DNA of 63,330 bases, filler included, from an uncultured Planctomycetaceae bacterium (lineage in GTDB: Bacteria > Planctomycetota > Planctomycetia > Planctomycetales > Planctomycetaceae): assembly GCA_963976765.1 (NCBI GenBank). It is 3 parts of 3 records of this genome, joined end to end, with 100 filler letters (N's around TTAATTAATTAA, not from the genome) between each part and the next. Parts side by side here need not be neighbours in the genome. Positions count along the whole stretch, not along the records: positions 1 to 22,959 come from CAXBME010000056.1; 2 more parts are not named here. One strand, given 5' to 3'. Of the stretch, positions 10,504 through 21,164 are shown piece by piece. Every line of letters begins with the position of its first letter. The stretch's first letter is position 1. The position numbers and the translations under genes were made by a program. A model generated the notes under the pieces. That model was not told the DNA's origin. It was given only the letters and a program-made list of their open reading frames with translations, and searched no databases.

Positions 10504-11370
10504 ATGTCCAACCTTCCAACAACGATCAGCTGGCTCTGGATCACAAGTATGTTGATTCTAGTTTGCGGCTGCGCGTCGTTCGAAAAGGAAGAACGTGGGT
10601 ACGAGACAATTGAAGCGGCGACACAGGGCGACACCGAATCTGCGAGAAAGCACACAGATAAGGCACTCAAATACATCGAATCAGAAGATTGGGAGCGTGC
10701 TCACGAGTCATTGGACAAAGCCCTTGTAGCCGACGTCAGCTACGGTCGGGCTCACAACAATCTGGGCGAGTTGTATTTCCGCGACAAGAAGTATTACCTC
10801 GCTGCCTGGGAGTTTGAGTACGCCGTCGGTTTACTTCCGGATCGTTCGGAACCGTTGAATAACCTCGGCCTTGTCTATGAGGCCGTAGACCGGATCGACG
10901 ATGCAGTCTCATATTATGAGCAGGCGCATACCCTCAATCCGGACCGTTTCGAATTCCTCGCGAATCTCACGCGTGCGCTCGTGCGGCGAGGCGACAAGGA
11001 CGAGTCAACGGCTCTTTTCCTAAGGGAAGTTCAGTTCAGAGACGAACGTGAAGAGTGGCAGGACTGGGCAGGCGGTTTATTGAATACGCGCTATCGAAGC
11101 GAATTGGAACTGGCACTCGGAAAGACTGAAACACCACACGGCAACCAGCATCCGCCAACTCCGGCACTGCCCCTTCCTGATCCTGGTCGTCTTTCAGGAC
11201 GTGGTGAGGAAGAGTTGACTGAGAGAGCTTTGAAGTGGCGATCGAGTCCAACCGACGTCAGGTCACCGACAGAGGGCAGCAGCGGTAAAAAACCCGCTCG
11301 ATATGCCTCTTTGTTCGTTCCGCCTCTCCCACGACGGGTAGATAGCGATTCGTTCACGGATCCTGAATAA
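10504..11370 (+). CDS. TPR lipoprotein (pilotin/PilF-like)
   Basis: Lipobox VCGC after a hydrophobic stretch if started at ATG 10504; TPR repeats AHNNLG and PLNNLG; directly upstream of the secretin. Confidence 0.7.
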   Translation: MSNLPTTISWLWITSMLILVCGCASFEKEERGYETIEAATQGDTESARKHTDKALKYIESEDWERAHESLDKALVADVSYGRAHNNLGELYFRDKKYYLAAWEFEYAVGLLPDRSEPLNNLGLVYEAVDRIDDAVSYYEQAHTLNPDRFEFLANLTRALVRRGDKDESTALFLREVQFRDEREEWQDWAGGLLNTRYRSELELALGKTETPHGNQHPPTPALPLPDPGRLSGRGEEELTERALKWRSSPTDVRSPTEGSSGKKPARYASLFVPPLPRRVDSDSFTDPE

Positions 11371-11379
11371 GAGAAATCT

Positions 11380-13635
11380 ATGCGGTGCCTGTACATCCTG
11401 TGTGTCGTAATTTCCGTTGTCTCTTCACGCACCTGCGTAGCGCAGCCAGAAGCCGAGCAGAAGGTCCGGTTGAATCTCCCCAATGAGATCGAAGTGCAAG
11501 GGCTTGTTGACTATGTCAGTGAGCGGTTGGGGATTCAAATTCTCTACGATGAAAAGATTGCTACGAAGAAGATCAACATCAGAGCTCCAGGCGAAATTCC
11601 TGTCAGTTCGTTGCTCGGTGTGCTCCAGAGCGCGTTGCGACTCAAAGGGCTTACAATCGTTGACGCAGACGCGCCAGGCTGGAAGAAAATCGTTGAGGCA
11701 ACTCGGCTTCCTGAAGTTTCGATACCGCAAGACGCAAATAAACTTTTGGATCAACTGGGCGGGGCGACAGCCGTAACGCAAGCTTTCGTGCTCGAACATG
11801 TGGATGCAACAACGCTTGAATCAACGATTGAGCCGTTCATTACGCCGCAAGGAGCAAATACGATTGCTCTCAAAGAGCAGGGCGTTCTGATCGTCTCAGA
11901 CTACGCTTCAAACCTCGTGAAACTCGCTGCCTTGATCGACATGATCGATCGGCCACGCTCACTTGGGCAGACAGTTTTTCTACCGGTTGAAAACCAGGCT
12001 GCAGCCGAACTGGCCGCACAAGTCACAGCAATTATCGAAGCCCGAAAATCGGCGCAAGGTACATCGGAAGGGCAAGGGGCAGGTATTGCAGTATTCAGCG
12101 ACGAACGTACCAACAAACTTGTCATCGTCGGTGAAAAACGATTGGTCGAAGAGATTCAGACGATCGTCAAGCAACTCGACGTTCCGCTCGGTAGACAGAC
12201 GGAAGTTTACCCGGTCAGTTTTCTGTCAGCAGAACGACTTGATCGACTGATTACTGGCATGCTGGACGAACGTGAGCGGCGAGGCTACGAGGCAACTGTT
12301 GATTCAGAAGAGAATCTGCTTGTCATTACTGCAAGCGATGAAACGCAAGAACGCGTAGCCGAATTACTGAAGCGATTCGATGTTGCATTGTCAGGTGAAG
12401 CACGTAGTCGACTGAAAATTTACAAGCTCAAATACATCACCGCGGACGAAGCTCTTGAGACGTTGCGGTCAGTAGAAGATGCAGGTGCGAGGGATAGTGT
12501 TGACGAGCCTCGAGAACGTCAGACTGATGGACGGTTTCGACTCTTAAACGACCAGACCCTGCCGGCTCCGAATTTGCCACAGCTTCAGCCAACTCAACAG
12601 CTTCCAGAGCCGCCAGCGTTCTTTGGCGGGCAAGCCGCTGCCGAAGAGCCCGAATCGTCAGTGACGAGAAACGAAAACGGGAGAACACTTGCAAGCTTGC
12701 TGGGAGTTGGAGCTCGCATTACCGGGGACAGAAACACAAACTCGCTGATCATCGTCGCGGAGCCAGACGTCCAGCAGCTCTACGCCGAATTAATTAAGGC
12801 TCTGGACGTTCCGCGGCCTCAAGTTCTTATTGAAGCTCGTATCGTAATTCTAGATTCGACGGACGACTTCTCACTGGGGGTTGAGGTTTCTGGCGGCGAC
12901 CGGTCCGGAGATCGAAAACTGTTTTCGTTCAGTTCTTTTGGTCTCAGTCAGGTCGACAATGTCAGTGGGGCGCTTTCGTTGATTCCCGGGGTTGGATTCA
13001 ACGGTGCGCTGGTTGATCCTTCCGTCGCCGACGTCGTGCTGCGCGCTTTCTCGGGACACAGGAAAGCAAAAGTTGTGTCCGCGCCGCGACTTCTGGTTAA
13101 CGACAACGCAACGGGCCTGCTAACCAGTGTCGCGGAAGTTCCCTTTACAAGTGTTAATGCTTCGCAGACTGTTGCGACAACCAGTTTCGCTGGATTTGCC
13201 GATGCAGGAACTACGATTTCTGTAACACCGCATATCGGTGACAATGATGAATTGCAGCTTGAATATCGAATTACGCTGAACGAGTTTCAAGGACAGGTAA
13301 GCGCCGGTGGTGTCCCCCCACCACGACAGACGGACGAAATCGAGAGCGTTGTCAGAATCCCAGACGGACACACATTGATCGTTGGAGGCTTAAATCGAAC
13401 GAGTGTCTCTGACGACCGGAGCAGTATTCCCTTTCTGGAAAACATTCCACTCCTCCGACACGCCGTAAGTAACACCGTGAAGAACAATCAGCAGACTTCG
13501 CTTTTTATCTTTCTGCGTCCAATTATCCTTCGAGACGACAAATTCCGATCGCTAAAGTACTATTCGCGGCGGGATGCCGAGCGAGCGGACAATTCCAGGT
13601 CGTTCCCTGCAAGCAAGCCACTGCTGATCAGATAA
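11380..13635 (+). CDS. gspD: type II secretion secretin
   Basis: Signal peptide, N0-N3 domains (DERTNKL, DRNTNSL), LDVPRPQVLIEARI, GHTLIVGGL, IPFLENIPLL, LFIFLRPIIL. Confidence 0.93.
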   Translation: MRCLYILCVVISVVSSRTCVAQPEAEQKVRLNLPNEIEVQGLVDYVSERLGIQILYDEKIATKKINIRAPGEIPVSSLLGVLQSALRLKGLTIVDADAPGWKKIVEATRLPEVSIPQDANKLLDQLGGATAVTQAFVLEHVDATTLESTIEPFITPQGANTIALKEQGVLIVSDYASNLVKLAALIDMIDRPRSLGQTVFLPVENQAAAELAAQVTAIIEARKSAQGTSEGQGAGIAVFSDERTNKLVIVGEKRLVEEIQTIVKQLDVPLGRQTEVYPVSFLSAERLDRLITGMLDERERRGYEATVDSEENLLVITASDETQERVAELLKRFDVALSGEARSRLKIYKLKYITADEALETLRSVEDAGARDSVDEPRERQTDGRFRLLNDQTLPAPNLPQLQPTQQLPEPPAFFGGQAAAEEPESSVTRNENGRTLASLLGVGARITGDRNTNSLIIVAEPDVQQLYAELIKALDVPRPQVLIEARIVILDSTDDFSLGVEVSGGDRSGDRKLFSFSSFGLSQVDNVSGALSLIPGVGFNGALVDPSVADVVLRAFSGHRKAKVVSAPRLLVNDNATGLLTSVAEVPFTSVNASQTVATTSFAGFADAGTTISVTPHIGDNDELQLEYRITLNEFQGQVSAGGVPPPRQTDEIESVVRIPDGHTLIVGGLNRTSVSDDRSSIPFLENIPLLRHAVSNTVKNNQQTSLFIFLRPIILRDDKFRSLKYYSRRDAERADNSRSFPASKPLLIR

Positions 13636-13666
13636 GTCGCTAGCTCTCGCGATTGAGAATTTTTGT

Positions 13667-15364
13667 ATGACCGATGACGTCACCTCAGACTGGGAACGAC
13701 TATTCGGAAATACCCATGTAAGTAACTCTTCCTATGATGAGTTGGCTGCGGCTGGTTCAGAGCATTCGTCGGTATTGTCAGCCACACAAGATCCGTTCGA
13801 AGCCAATACAAGACTTCGACTGACTGCTGAATTTCTGGGAATCCCATTTCAGGAATCGCTTTTGGATTTCGGTGCTTCAGCAGATTTCGTTGAGCATGTT
13901 TCCATTAGTTTTGCACGCAGGCACATGCTGATTGGACTGGCTGCCGACGACGAAAAACTCGTTGTTGCTGCAAGTACACCTCAAGGGTGGAACGCGATTG
14001 GTACGATTGGTCGACTTCTGGGAAGGGAGATCCAGCCATGGTTTGCCCCCCCCCCTGAAATTCGGAAGGCAATTAATTCAGCGTATGAAAAACAATCGGG
14101 CCAGGCACAAAATTTGATCCAATCGATCAATGAAAGCGCCTCGGTATTCGATGAACTTCAGCAATTGAAACCTCGCGAGGACCTTCTCGACACATCACAG
14201 CGAGCGCCGGTCGTGAAGCTCGTGAACATGGTCTTGTTCGAGGCCGTGACTGGCCTGGCGTCGGATGTCCATGTTCAGCCATACGAGGACTCGGTTGTCG
14301 TCCGCCTCCGGATTGACGGCATATTGCACGACGCATACGAGTGCCCGAAACACTTGCAGGATGAAGTTATCAGCCGAATAAAAGTGATCGGTCGAATGAA
14401 CATCGCAGAAAAGCGGTTGCCGCTCGACGGACGGGCAACGGTTGAAGTCGGTGATCGACTAATCGATCTTCGAATTGCCACGATGCCGACCAGCCACGGC
14501 GAACGAGCGGTCATTCGACTTCTTGACAAGAGTGCCCGCCAGTACGTGCTTGGTGAACTGGGGATGGGGGAACAGACTCTTTCTGGCTTCAGGCAACTGA
14601 TTCACCAGGAACACGGAATGATTCTGGTGACTGGGCCCACAGGAAGCGGTAAATCCACAACTCTCTATTCAGCATTGCAGGAAATCAATAGTCGCGAACG
14701 AAATGTCGTCACTCTCGAAGATCCGATTGAGTACCAACTCGACGGCGTCAGCCAGACGCAAATAAACATTCGCAAAGGAATGACGTTTGCGAGTGGGCTT
14801 CGAAGCGTTCTTCGTCAGGATCCGGATATCATCATGATCGGTGAAATCCGTGACGAAGAAACGGCGGTAATGGCAATTCAGTCGGCACTTACCGGCCATC
14901 TCGTGTTCTCAACACTCCACACCAACGACGCCGCAAGCGCAGTAACCCGATTACTCGACCTCGGAATTGAGCCATACCTCGTAGCAAGCTCACTTCTTGG
15001 AGTTCTTGCACAACGTCTGGTTCGTCTCAATTGCAGTTCATGTGTTCGACCATATGCCCCTCAGCCTGAAGAGCTGCGCCAATTTGGCCTGACCGAACTC
15101 GATACCGGAGAACTCGCCAAAGGATTGGGCTGCAAAAATTGTCGAAATACAGGTTTCGTCGGTAGATTCTCAATAACTGAATTGTTGATGATCGATGAAG
15201 CAATTAGAGAACGCATCCAGACTCGTGCCAACGCTTCCGATATCCTTCAGTCTGCGGTTCAGGCCGGCATGAGCCAAATGCGAGACGATGGTTTGCATCA
15301 CGTTCTGAAACACCGAACGACTCTTGCCGAAGTGGCCCGAGTAACGGTCAACGCAATCATCTAG
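13667..15364 (+). CDS. gspE: type II secretion ATPase
   Basis: ASDVH, Walker A GPTGSGKST, TLEDPIE, LRQDPDIIMIGEIRD, GHLVFSTLH, CxxC zinc motifs. Confidence 0.96.
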   Translation: MTDDVTSDWERLFGNTHVSNSSYDELAAAGSEHSSVLSATQDPFEANTRLRLTAEFLGIPFQESLLDFGASADFVEHVSISFARRHMLIGLAADDEKLVVAASTPQGWNAIGTIGRLLGREIQPWFAPPPEIRKAINSAYEKQSGQAQNLIQSINESASVFDELQQLKPREDLLDTSQRAPVVKLVNMVLFEAVTGLASDVHVQPYEDSVVVRLRIDGILHDAYECPKHLQDEVISRIKVIGRMNIAEKRLPLDGRATVEVGDRLIDLRIATMPTSHGERAVIRLLDKSARQYVLGELGMGEQTLSGFRQLIHQEHGMILVTGPTGSGKSTTLYSALQEINSRERNVVTLEDPIEYQLDGVSQTQINIRKGMTFASGLRSVLRQDPDIIMIGEIRDEETAVMAIQSALTGHLVFSTLHTNDAASAVTRLLDLGIEPYLVASSLLGVLAQRLVRLNCSSCVRPYAPQPEELRQFGLTELDTGELAKGLGCKNCRNTGFVGRFSITELLMIDEAIRERIQTRANASDILQSAVQAGMSQMRDDGLHHVLKHRTTLAEVARVTVNAII

Positions 15365-15600
15365 AATGCAATGTCTGTCCCGGCCAATCTGATTCGAGGC
15401 GACCACAGATCATCAACTCGCGCAGTCAAAGTGATTCAGTCGCGATTTGCTTCGTGCTCTAGGTCTGCGCGACCGACGCGGCTTCGGCAGGGCTGATTCT
15501 GGGCGAACGTTCGACAGATCGAGACAAATACCGGTGATCAAATTGAGATTTTCTCTCTCGTGGATGCGCGAGAAGGGCGTATCGCCAACGAGAGGTACCA

Positions 15601-15632
15601 AAAAGTGAGAGCCCCTCAAATGAGGGGCTCTC
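15601..15632 (-). terminator. intrinsic terminator downstream of the small membrane protein
   Basis: Inverted repeat GAGAGCCCCTCA/TGAGGGGCTCTC (15607-15632) followed on the minus strand by ACTTTTT. Confidence 0.8.
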
Positions 15633-15647
15633 TGTGTGTTGTGGTGG

Positions 15648-15824
15648 TTAGAAAAATCTGTCGAAGCCGACAAAAGTTTCAAACATGATGGCCCAGAGCA
15701 TCAGAACTGCTCCAATCTCGATTAACTTCCAAACGATCCAGGCAACAAGTGCTCGAATCGCTTGACGGAAGTAATCAAGTGGGCCACCACCCCACCGGTT
15801 GTTGTTTTGCCATAGCTTTCGCAT
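15648..15824 (-). CDS. small (58 aa) membrane protein, not in the ORF track
   Basis: AAGGAGGT RBS 5 nt before ATG; MRKLWQNNNRWGGGPLDYFRQAIRALVAWIVWKLIEIGAVLMLWAIMFETFVGFDRFF; terminator 15 nt after the stop. Confidence 0.75.
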   Translation of the reverse strand: MRKLWQNNNRWGGGPLDYFRQAIRALVAWIVWKLIEIGAVLMLWAIMFETFVGFDRFF

Positions 15825-16260
15825 AGGACACCTCCTTGGTTGGTTCGTAAATCGTTGAAGAAAAAGCGAAGTGCTCTTTCTTCAATGCTCACAAACAAAC
15901 TGACTGGAGTTGCAACACACATATTTGCCTTGTTTTTCCGTGCTCAAAGGCGATGAGCGAAAATAAATCCGGAAGGGATTTCAAGAAGAAGGGACGAGGC
16001 ACCACTGCCAGCAGAGAATTGTACGGCCGGCAAAACGGCAGTTCCAGAGAAGTAACTCGTTCCGAAGTTCGGCATCGATTGCTGCCAAGACGTCCGATTT
16101 CCGTCAGCTCGATTCGATCAATTCATCGATCACGCTGACCGCTTTAAGTTTTCCGCCGAAACCAGCGGGACGTTGCGACGTGTTACCGGCAGCAGGGCAG
16201 AACTCGCAGGTTCGTCCGCAGTCGTTCGGGACAGCCGCCGCTTGCGCCCCAACAAGTCTT

Positions 16261-16288
16261 GTGATACCTAAAGGACGTTATGTTTCTT
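16261..16288. promoter_or_regulatory. dif-like tyrosine recombinase binding/recombination site
   Basis: GTGATACCTAA-AGGACG-TTATGTTTCTT: 11-6-11 layout with imperfect inverted arms and a XerD-like TTATGTT arm, about 240 nt upstream of the recombinase. Confidence 0.6.
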
Positions 16289-16525
16289 AAGAATCACATT
16301 TCAAAAAATGAATCCTGAGCTGGCTGATGAGTCATTGAGCTGTTCGGGTGGCAGGAGCGAGGCTCGGCATCTCATCTGTCTGAGTCAGCCGCCGTGGGGA
16401 TGCTGTCGCTATCGAGTGAATGCTCGGTATGCCGAATGGTTTGGCTTTTCGGGCCGGCATGTCGATATCGAAAGCCGTGCGTCGAAAATGTCCTCAGCGA
16501 CGAACGATCCTTCGAGTACACGTCG

Positions 16526-17506
16526 ATGAGCAAGGGCGGAGTTCAGACGCAGTTGCCGGTCAGGTCGCTTGTTGTCGGTGTGCCAGTTCCGCGAATCGTT
16601 GAAGAGATCGGAACGGCGGGGGCGGTTCGGTTTGCGACGTTCTTCACGGACAACATTCGGAACACGAATACTCGGGTGGCGTACCATCGGGCGGCTTGTT
16701 TGTTTCTGGACTGGTGCGGTGAGCGGGGCCTCGGGCTGGGCAGTATCGAGAGCTATCACGTTTCCGCTTACGTCGAGTCGTTGATGACCTGTCGATCGAA
16801 ATCGACGGTGAAGCAATCACTGGCAGCGATTCGGATGCTGTTTGACTGGCTCGTCGTCGGGCAGGTCGTGTCTCGAAATCCAGCTCACGCCGTGCGTGGG
16901 CCGAAACTTGTCGTGACGACGGGCAGTACGCCGGTGCTCGATGAAGCAGACGCTCGGCGTCTGCTGGCATCAATCAACACTTCGCATGTGGTTGGCCTGC
17001 GTGACCGGGCTCTGATTGGTCTGATGATCTACTCATTCGCACGAATCAATGCGGCATTGGCCATGAACGTTCGAGACTATTTTTCGACTGGAAAACGGTG
17101 GTCGATTCGACTGCACGAGAAGGGCGGCAAACGTCACGACACGCCCGCTCACCACAAGCTCGAAGAGTTTCTGGATGCTTACCTTGAAACAGCCGGCATT
17201 GGCGATGAGAAACACGGACCGTTGTTTCGAACAACTCGCGGCCAGACACGACAGCTCACACAAAACCGACTCAGCCGGTGCGACGCCTGGCGAATGGTTC
17301 GTCGCCGAGCCGCAGACGCCGGGCTTTGCTGCGAGATCGGCAACCACACGTTTCGAGCGACCGGAATCACCAACTACATGAAGAACGGCGGCGATCTGAA
17401 AGAAGCTCAAAAAATGGCTTGCCATTCCGATCCTCGAACAACGCAACTCTACGATAGGAGCGGCGACGGCGTGTCGCTGGATGAAATTGAACGAATCACA
17501 ATCTGA
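16526..17506 (+). CDS. tyrosine recombinase (Xer/resolvase-like integrase)
   Basis: Catalytic set: R (SFARI), K (EKGGK), HTFRAT, MACH, Y (TTQLY); start adjusted to ATG 16526. Confidence 0.93.
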   Translation: MSKGGVQTQLPVRSLVVGVPVPRIVEEIGTAGAVRFATFFTDNIRNTNTRVAYHRAACLFLDWCGERGLGLGSIESYHVSAYVESLMTCRSKSTVKQSLAAIRMLFDWLVVGQVVSRNPAHAVRGPKLVVTTGSTPVLDEADARRLLASINTSHVVGLRDRALIGLMIYSFARINAALAMNVRDYFSTGKRWSIRLHEKGGKRHDTPAHHKLEEFLDAYLETAGIGDEKHGPLFRTTRGQTRQLTQNRLSRCDAWRMVRRRAADAGLCCEIGNHTFRATGITNYMKNGGDLKEAQKMACHSDPRTTQLYDRSGDGVSLDEIERITI

Positions 17507-17773
17507 TTGCAATCGCCGGAGAAGTCTGGTTCGCTTGTCAGGCCAGTCTGCCAAGTGCGGCTTGTGTTGGTGCCCCGGGACAGAATTCGGGGTGGAACTA
17601 AACGAGAACGCACCGACCGACTTTTTTCTACATTGCACGTCGGTGTGATGGTGGCACGGCAGTACTTTCTGACAAGTTGAGTTATCATCACCAACTGCAC
17701 TTGACCATCTGGCTCAGTCAGCTGAACAGGCTCAGACAGCATTGGCCACAGGGATCCCCCACGGAGTAAGAAG

Positions 17774-18040
17774 ATGAGTATCGGGCCCGCGCCGCCCTTT
17801 AAGCACATTCAAGATGAAAAATATCGTGCCTTGATAATTGCACTCCGATTGAAAGCAGCACCGATCCTTGCGAACAATCTCCTGCCGCACTTCACAGACC
17901 ACACTGTCGAGCACTCTGACAATGTCACCCAGCTGGTCGATAGCCTCTTGGAAGGAGCCAAGCTACCTCTCTTGGACTCTGAGCTTCTGATTCTTTACAG
18001 CGCGTGCTATCTCCATGACATCGGAATGCAATACGAACGT
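17774..18040 (+). pseudogene. N-terminal HD-CE domain fragment (truncated)
   Basis: LPHFTDHTVEHSDNV and LYSACYLHDIGM motifs; similarity ends at about 18040. Confidence 0.7.
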
Positions 18041-18863
18041 GCAGACCATCCTCGGTGGGCACGTCTACCAGTCGCACGAGTTGACGTACGCTGGCGACCG
18101 CATCAAGTGCGGACATTGCGGCCACCCGATCACTGGCGAAGCCAAAACAAAGAAGACGAAGTCCGGGCTGAAACGTTACGTCTACTATTGCTGCACATAT
18201 TACAACCGAGGCAATCACCCTCGGGTTCGCATTCGCGAAGCCGACTTCGACACTCAGGTCATCGCGATCCTCAACAAAATGAAGATTGAAGACGAAGGCG
18301 TGCGAGACTGGTTCCGCACAGTCCTCGCGTCAAAGACCCGCGACACACAGTTGGATTCGATGGCTCAACGGCACGAACTGCAGCGTCAGGAAACGTTGAT
18401 CATTGGCCAGCAGGATCGCCTGCTAAACATGCGTCTGGCCGAAGAGATTGACGAGTCAACATTCGCCACAAAGCAGACGGAGCTACGAGATCGTCTTAGC
18501 AAAATGAAGCTGCAACTGGACGTTCTAGACCGTTCTCACGACGAGTATGCCGACTTAGCGAGCAAGGTTTTTGAACTTTCGCAAAGCCTGACAGATAAAT
18601 GGCTTACGGCTGATGTGCTTGAGAAACGTCAGATACTCGAAATCGTGTTTTTGAACTGCGTCCTCGACGACGTAACTCTAGTCCCCACAATAAGAAAGCC
18701 CTTCGACGTACTCGCCGAAGGGCTCATCTCTAAGAATAGTCGGGACGACCGGCGATTGGCATTTCTTAACGAACGAGCAGGCGGGACGCTCCTGGGACGT
18801 CTTTTTTCGCTTCGGATTGAATTCTCTGCAGAAACGTTCTTCAGAGCGTCCGAATCGGTTTGA
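18040..18863 (+). pseudogene. C-terminal half of a large serine recombinase
   Basis: Zinc ribbon CGHCG...YYCC, coiled coil, EKRQIL..VF, RKPFDVLAEG; no resolvase catalytic domain. Confidence 0.8.
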
Positions 18864-18931
18864 GGCTGAGTGATCGCGGCAATTGGCTTCCTCACTGGAA
18901 TCTCTGTGATTCCGGTCGAGGAGTTTTCGCC

Positions 18932-20886
18932 ATGACTACGCACTTTTCGTCCACACTTCAGCCTCCAGTGGTGCCTAAGGATGGCGCTACGATACGTGTC
19001 CTTGTTGCATGTCGTGTCAGTGATCCGCGACCCGGAAAGCAAGATGAACGTTCATTAGCAGACCAGGCGGCCATGCACGAGGAGTGGCTGAAAGCCCATC
19101 TTGATTCGCCATACGAAGTCAGGATTCTGGAGGGCCGTGAGAGTGGGGAATGCATTGAGCGGGCTGATTATCAGGAGTTGATAGGCCTCGTGACGACGGG
19201 GCAGTTCGACCTTGTTCTGGCCGAAGACCTCGGCCGAATCATCCGGCGACTTCAGGCGCATGGTTTCGCTGAGTTGTGTGGCGATTTCGATACGAGACTG
19301 ATCTCTCACAACGATCACATCGATACGGCGATCCCTGGTTGGGAGGATCGTTCGATCATTTCGGCCTGGCACCACGAACGGTCAAATCGTGACACCTCGG
19401 ATCGGATCAAACGAACTGCCAACAATAGGTTTTTGCAGGGTGGCTGTGCGGCGTTTGAAATAGCCGGGTACATCAAACCTCCCGGTGCGAAAAGTGATCT
19501 GGACTGGCAGAAAGATCCTGATTGGGAACAAGTCTATGTCGAATGGTTTCGGATGCTCGACGAAGATGAGGCTACTTTCTCTGAGATTGCGGACTGGCTC
19601 AACAAGCACCAGCGAGCAACTGGAACTTTCACGAAGAAGGGTGAGTGGGACGGAACGATGGTCGGTCGAGTGACTCGCAACTGGCTGCTCAAAGGATACC
19701 GAGTTCGCAACCGTCGAAAATCACGCCGCAATTCCTCGGGGAAGTATGTGTCTGTTGTGGCTGCTCCGAGCGAGTTGAAGCTTCGTCACGCACCTCACCT
19801 GGCGTTCTTTGACGAGGCATACTACGACCGAGTCGTCGCAGCGGTTAACGAACGTAACGCGAAGTATCGTAGAAAGGGGCAGAACGGTGTTGATACACGC
19901 AGGCGCGTTCCAAAGAAACGAACTCGTTTTCCAGGGCAATCTCTTGTGTGTGGTATCTGTGGTCGCGGATTCGTCTTTGGTGGCCATGGACAGACAGATC
20001 ACCTGATGTGCTCGGGAGCGCGCGAACATCTTTGCTGGAATGGCGTCACGGCTGATGGGCCACTGACGGCTGAGCGGATTTCCAATGCGGTCTTTCAGGA
20101 GATTTCTGCTCTGCCGGAGTTCGACGAAACGCTCTCCGGTTTGTCAATGAAGAGGCTCTGAAAGCCGATGTCCAGCGGAGCGCCCAGCTTGAGGAACTGA
20201 TCCGCAAGTCGGACCGACTTGACCGTGAGATCGAGAATGTGATGCGTTTTATCAGGTCAGGTGATTCCAGCGACCGAGTGCGTCTCGATCTCAAGCAACT
20301 GGAGCAGACCGCAAAGGAAGTTCAAGCTGAGAAGTTACGGCTTTCGGCCACACCCTCGGGCGTGATTGAAGTACCGCCGATCGAGGAACTCAAGTTGCTC
20401 GCCACCGAGGCGCTCAGTGACCTTTCCAACGACAGTTGGGAGTTCTGCCGAGTGATCCAGCGATTGGTCCCTCGAATCGTTGTTTTCCCGCACGAGCTCT
20501 GCGATGGAGGACGCCCGGTGCTGCGAGCACGATTTCGAATGAACGTGGCCGGCATGATCCCGGAAGGCAGGCTGCGAGAGGCTGTCCATGCATCGTTGGA
20601 GCGAACGCTGGAAGTCGATCTCTTTGATCCTCCTCAACGCGAAGAGTTCCGAGAACGTGTCGTTGAGTTACGAAAAACGCACACTGAGCGGACCGTGGCC
20701 GAGATACTCGGAATTACGATCACGGCTGCTCAGCGAGCATACCAACTTCAGAACCTGATGGATCAGCTTTCGATTGTCGATCCTTACCAGCTTATCGAAT
20801 CTCCATCTGATGATGTTTCCCGTCTGAAAAGGCACAAACACAAGCGATACCGATTTGATCCTCTGCCTGATGCGGGAGTCGTTTGA
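18932..20886 (+). pseudogene. large serine recombinase with a frameshift near 20130
   Basis: GAGGAG RBS; CRVS catalytic motif, EDLGRI, zinc ribbon CGICG; the frame switches to LRFVNEEALKADVQR... which runs into ORF 20239-20886. Confidence 0.85.
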
Positions 20887-20923
20887 TTTCCCATCGAACC
20901 AATCAGCAACTGAATTTCTCTTC

Positions 20924-20950
20924 GGCCTCGCAAAGTGCGGGGCCTTTTTT
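20924..20950 (+). terminator. intrinsic terminator
   Basis: GGCCTCGCA-AAG-TGCGGGGCC followed by a T-tract. Confidence 0.7.
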
Positions 20951-21164
20951 GTGCCTGTTTGGAAAGGACTGTTTGAATGAAAGGTCGTACTGACTCGGAA
21001 AAAGCCCCCGACAACTCCATGCCGCCTCCGCTGACGCAGTTTTTGCGTTTACTGGCCAAAGCCACCGTCGCCCGTCTCAAGCGGCGAAACAGGGACGAAC
21101 AGAATCGCCCAACAGAATGCAAAGCCACGCCCCAACCCATCGTCTCTAAAGGGAGAATTTCCTG

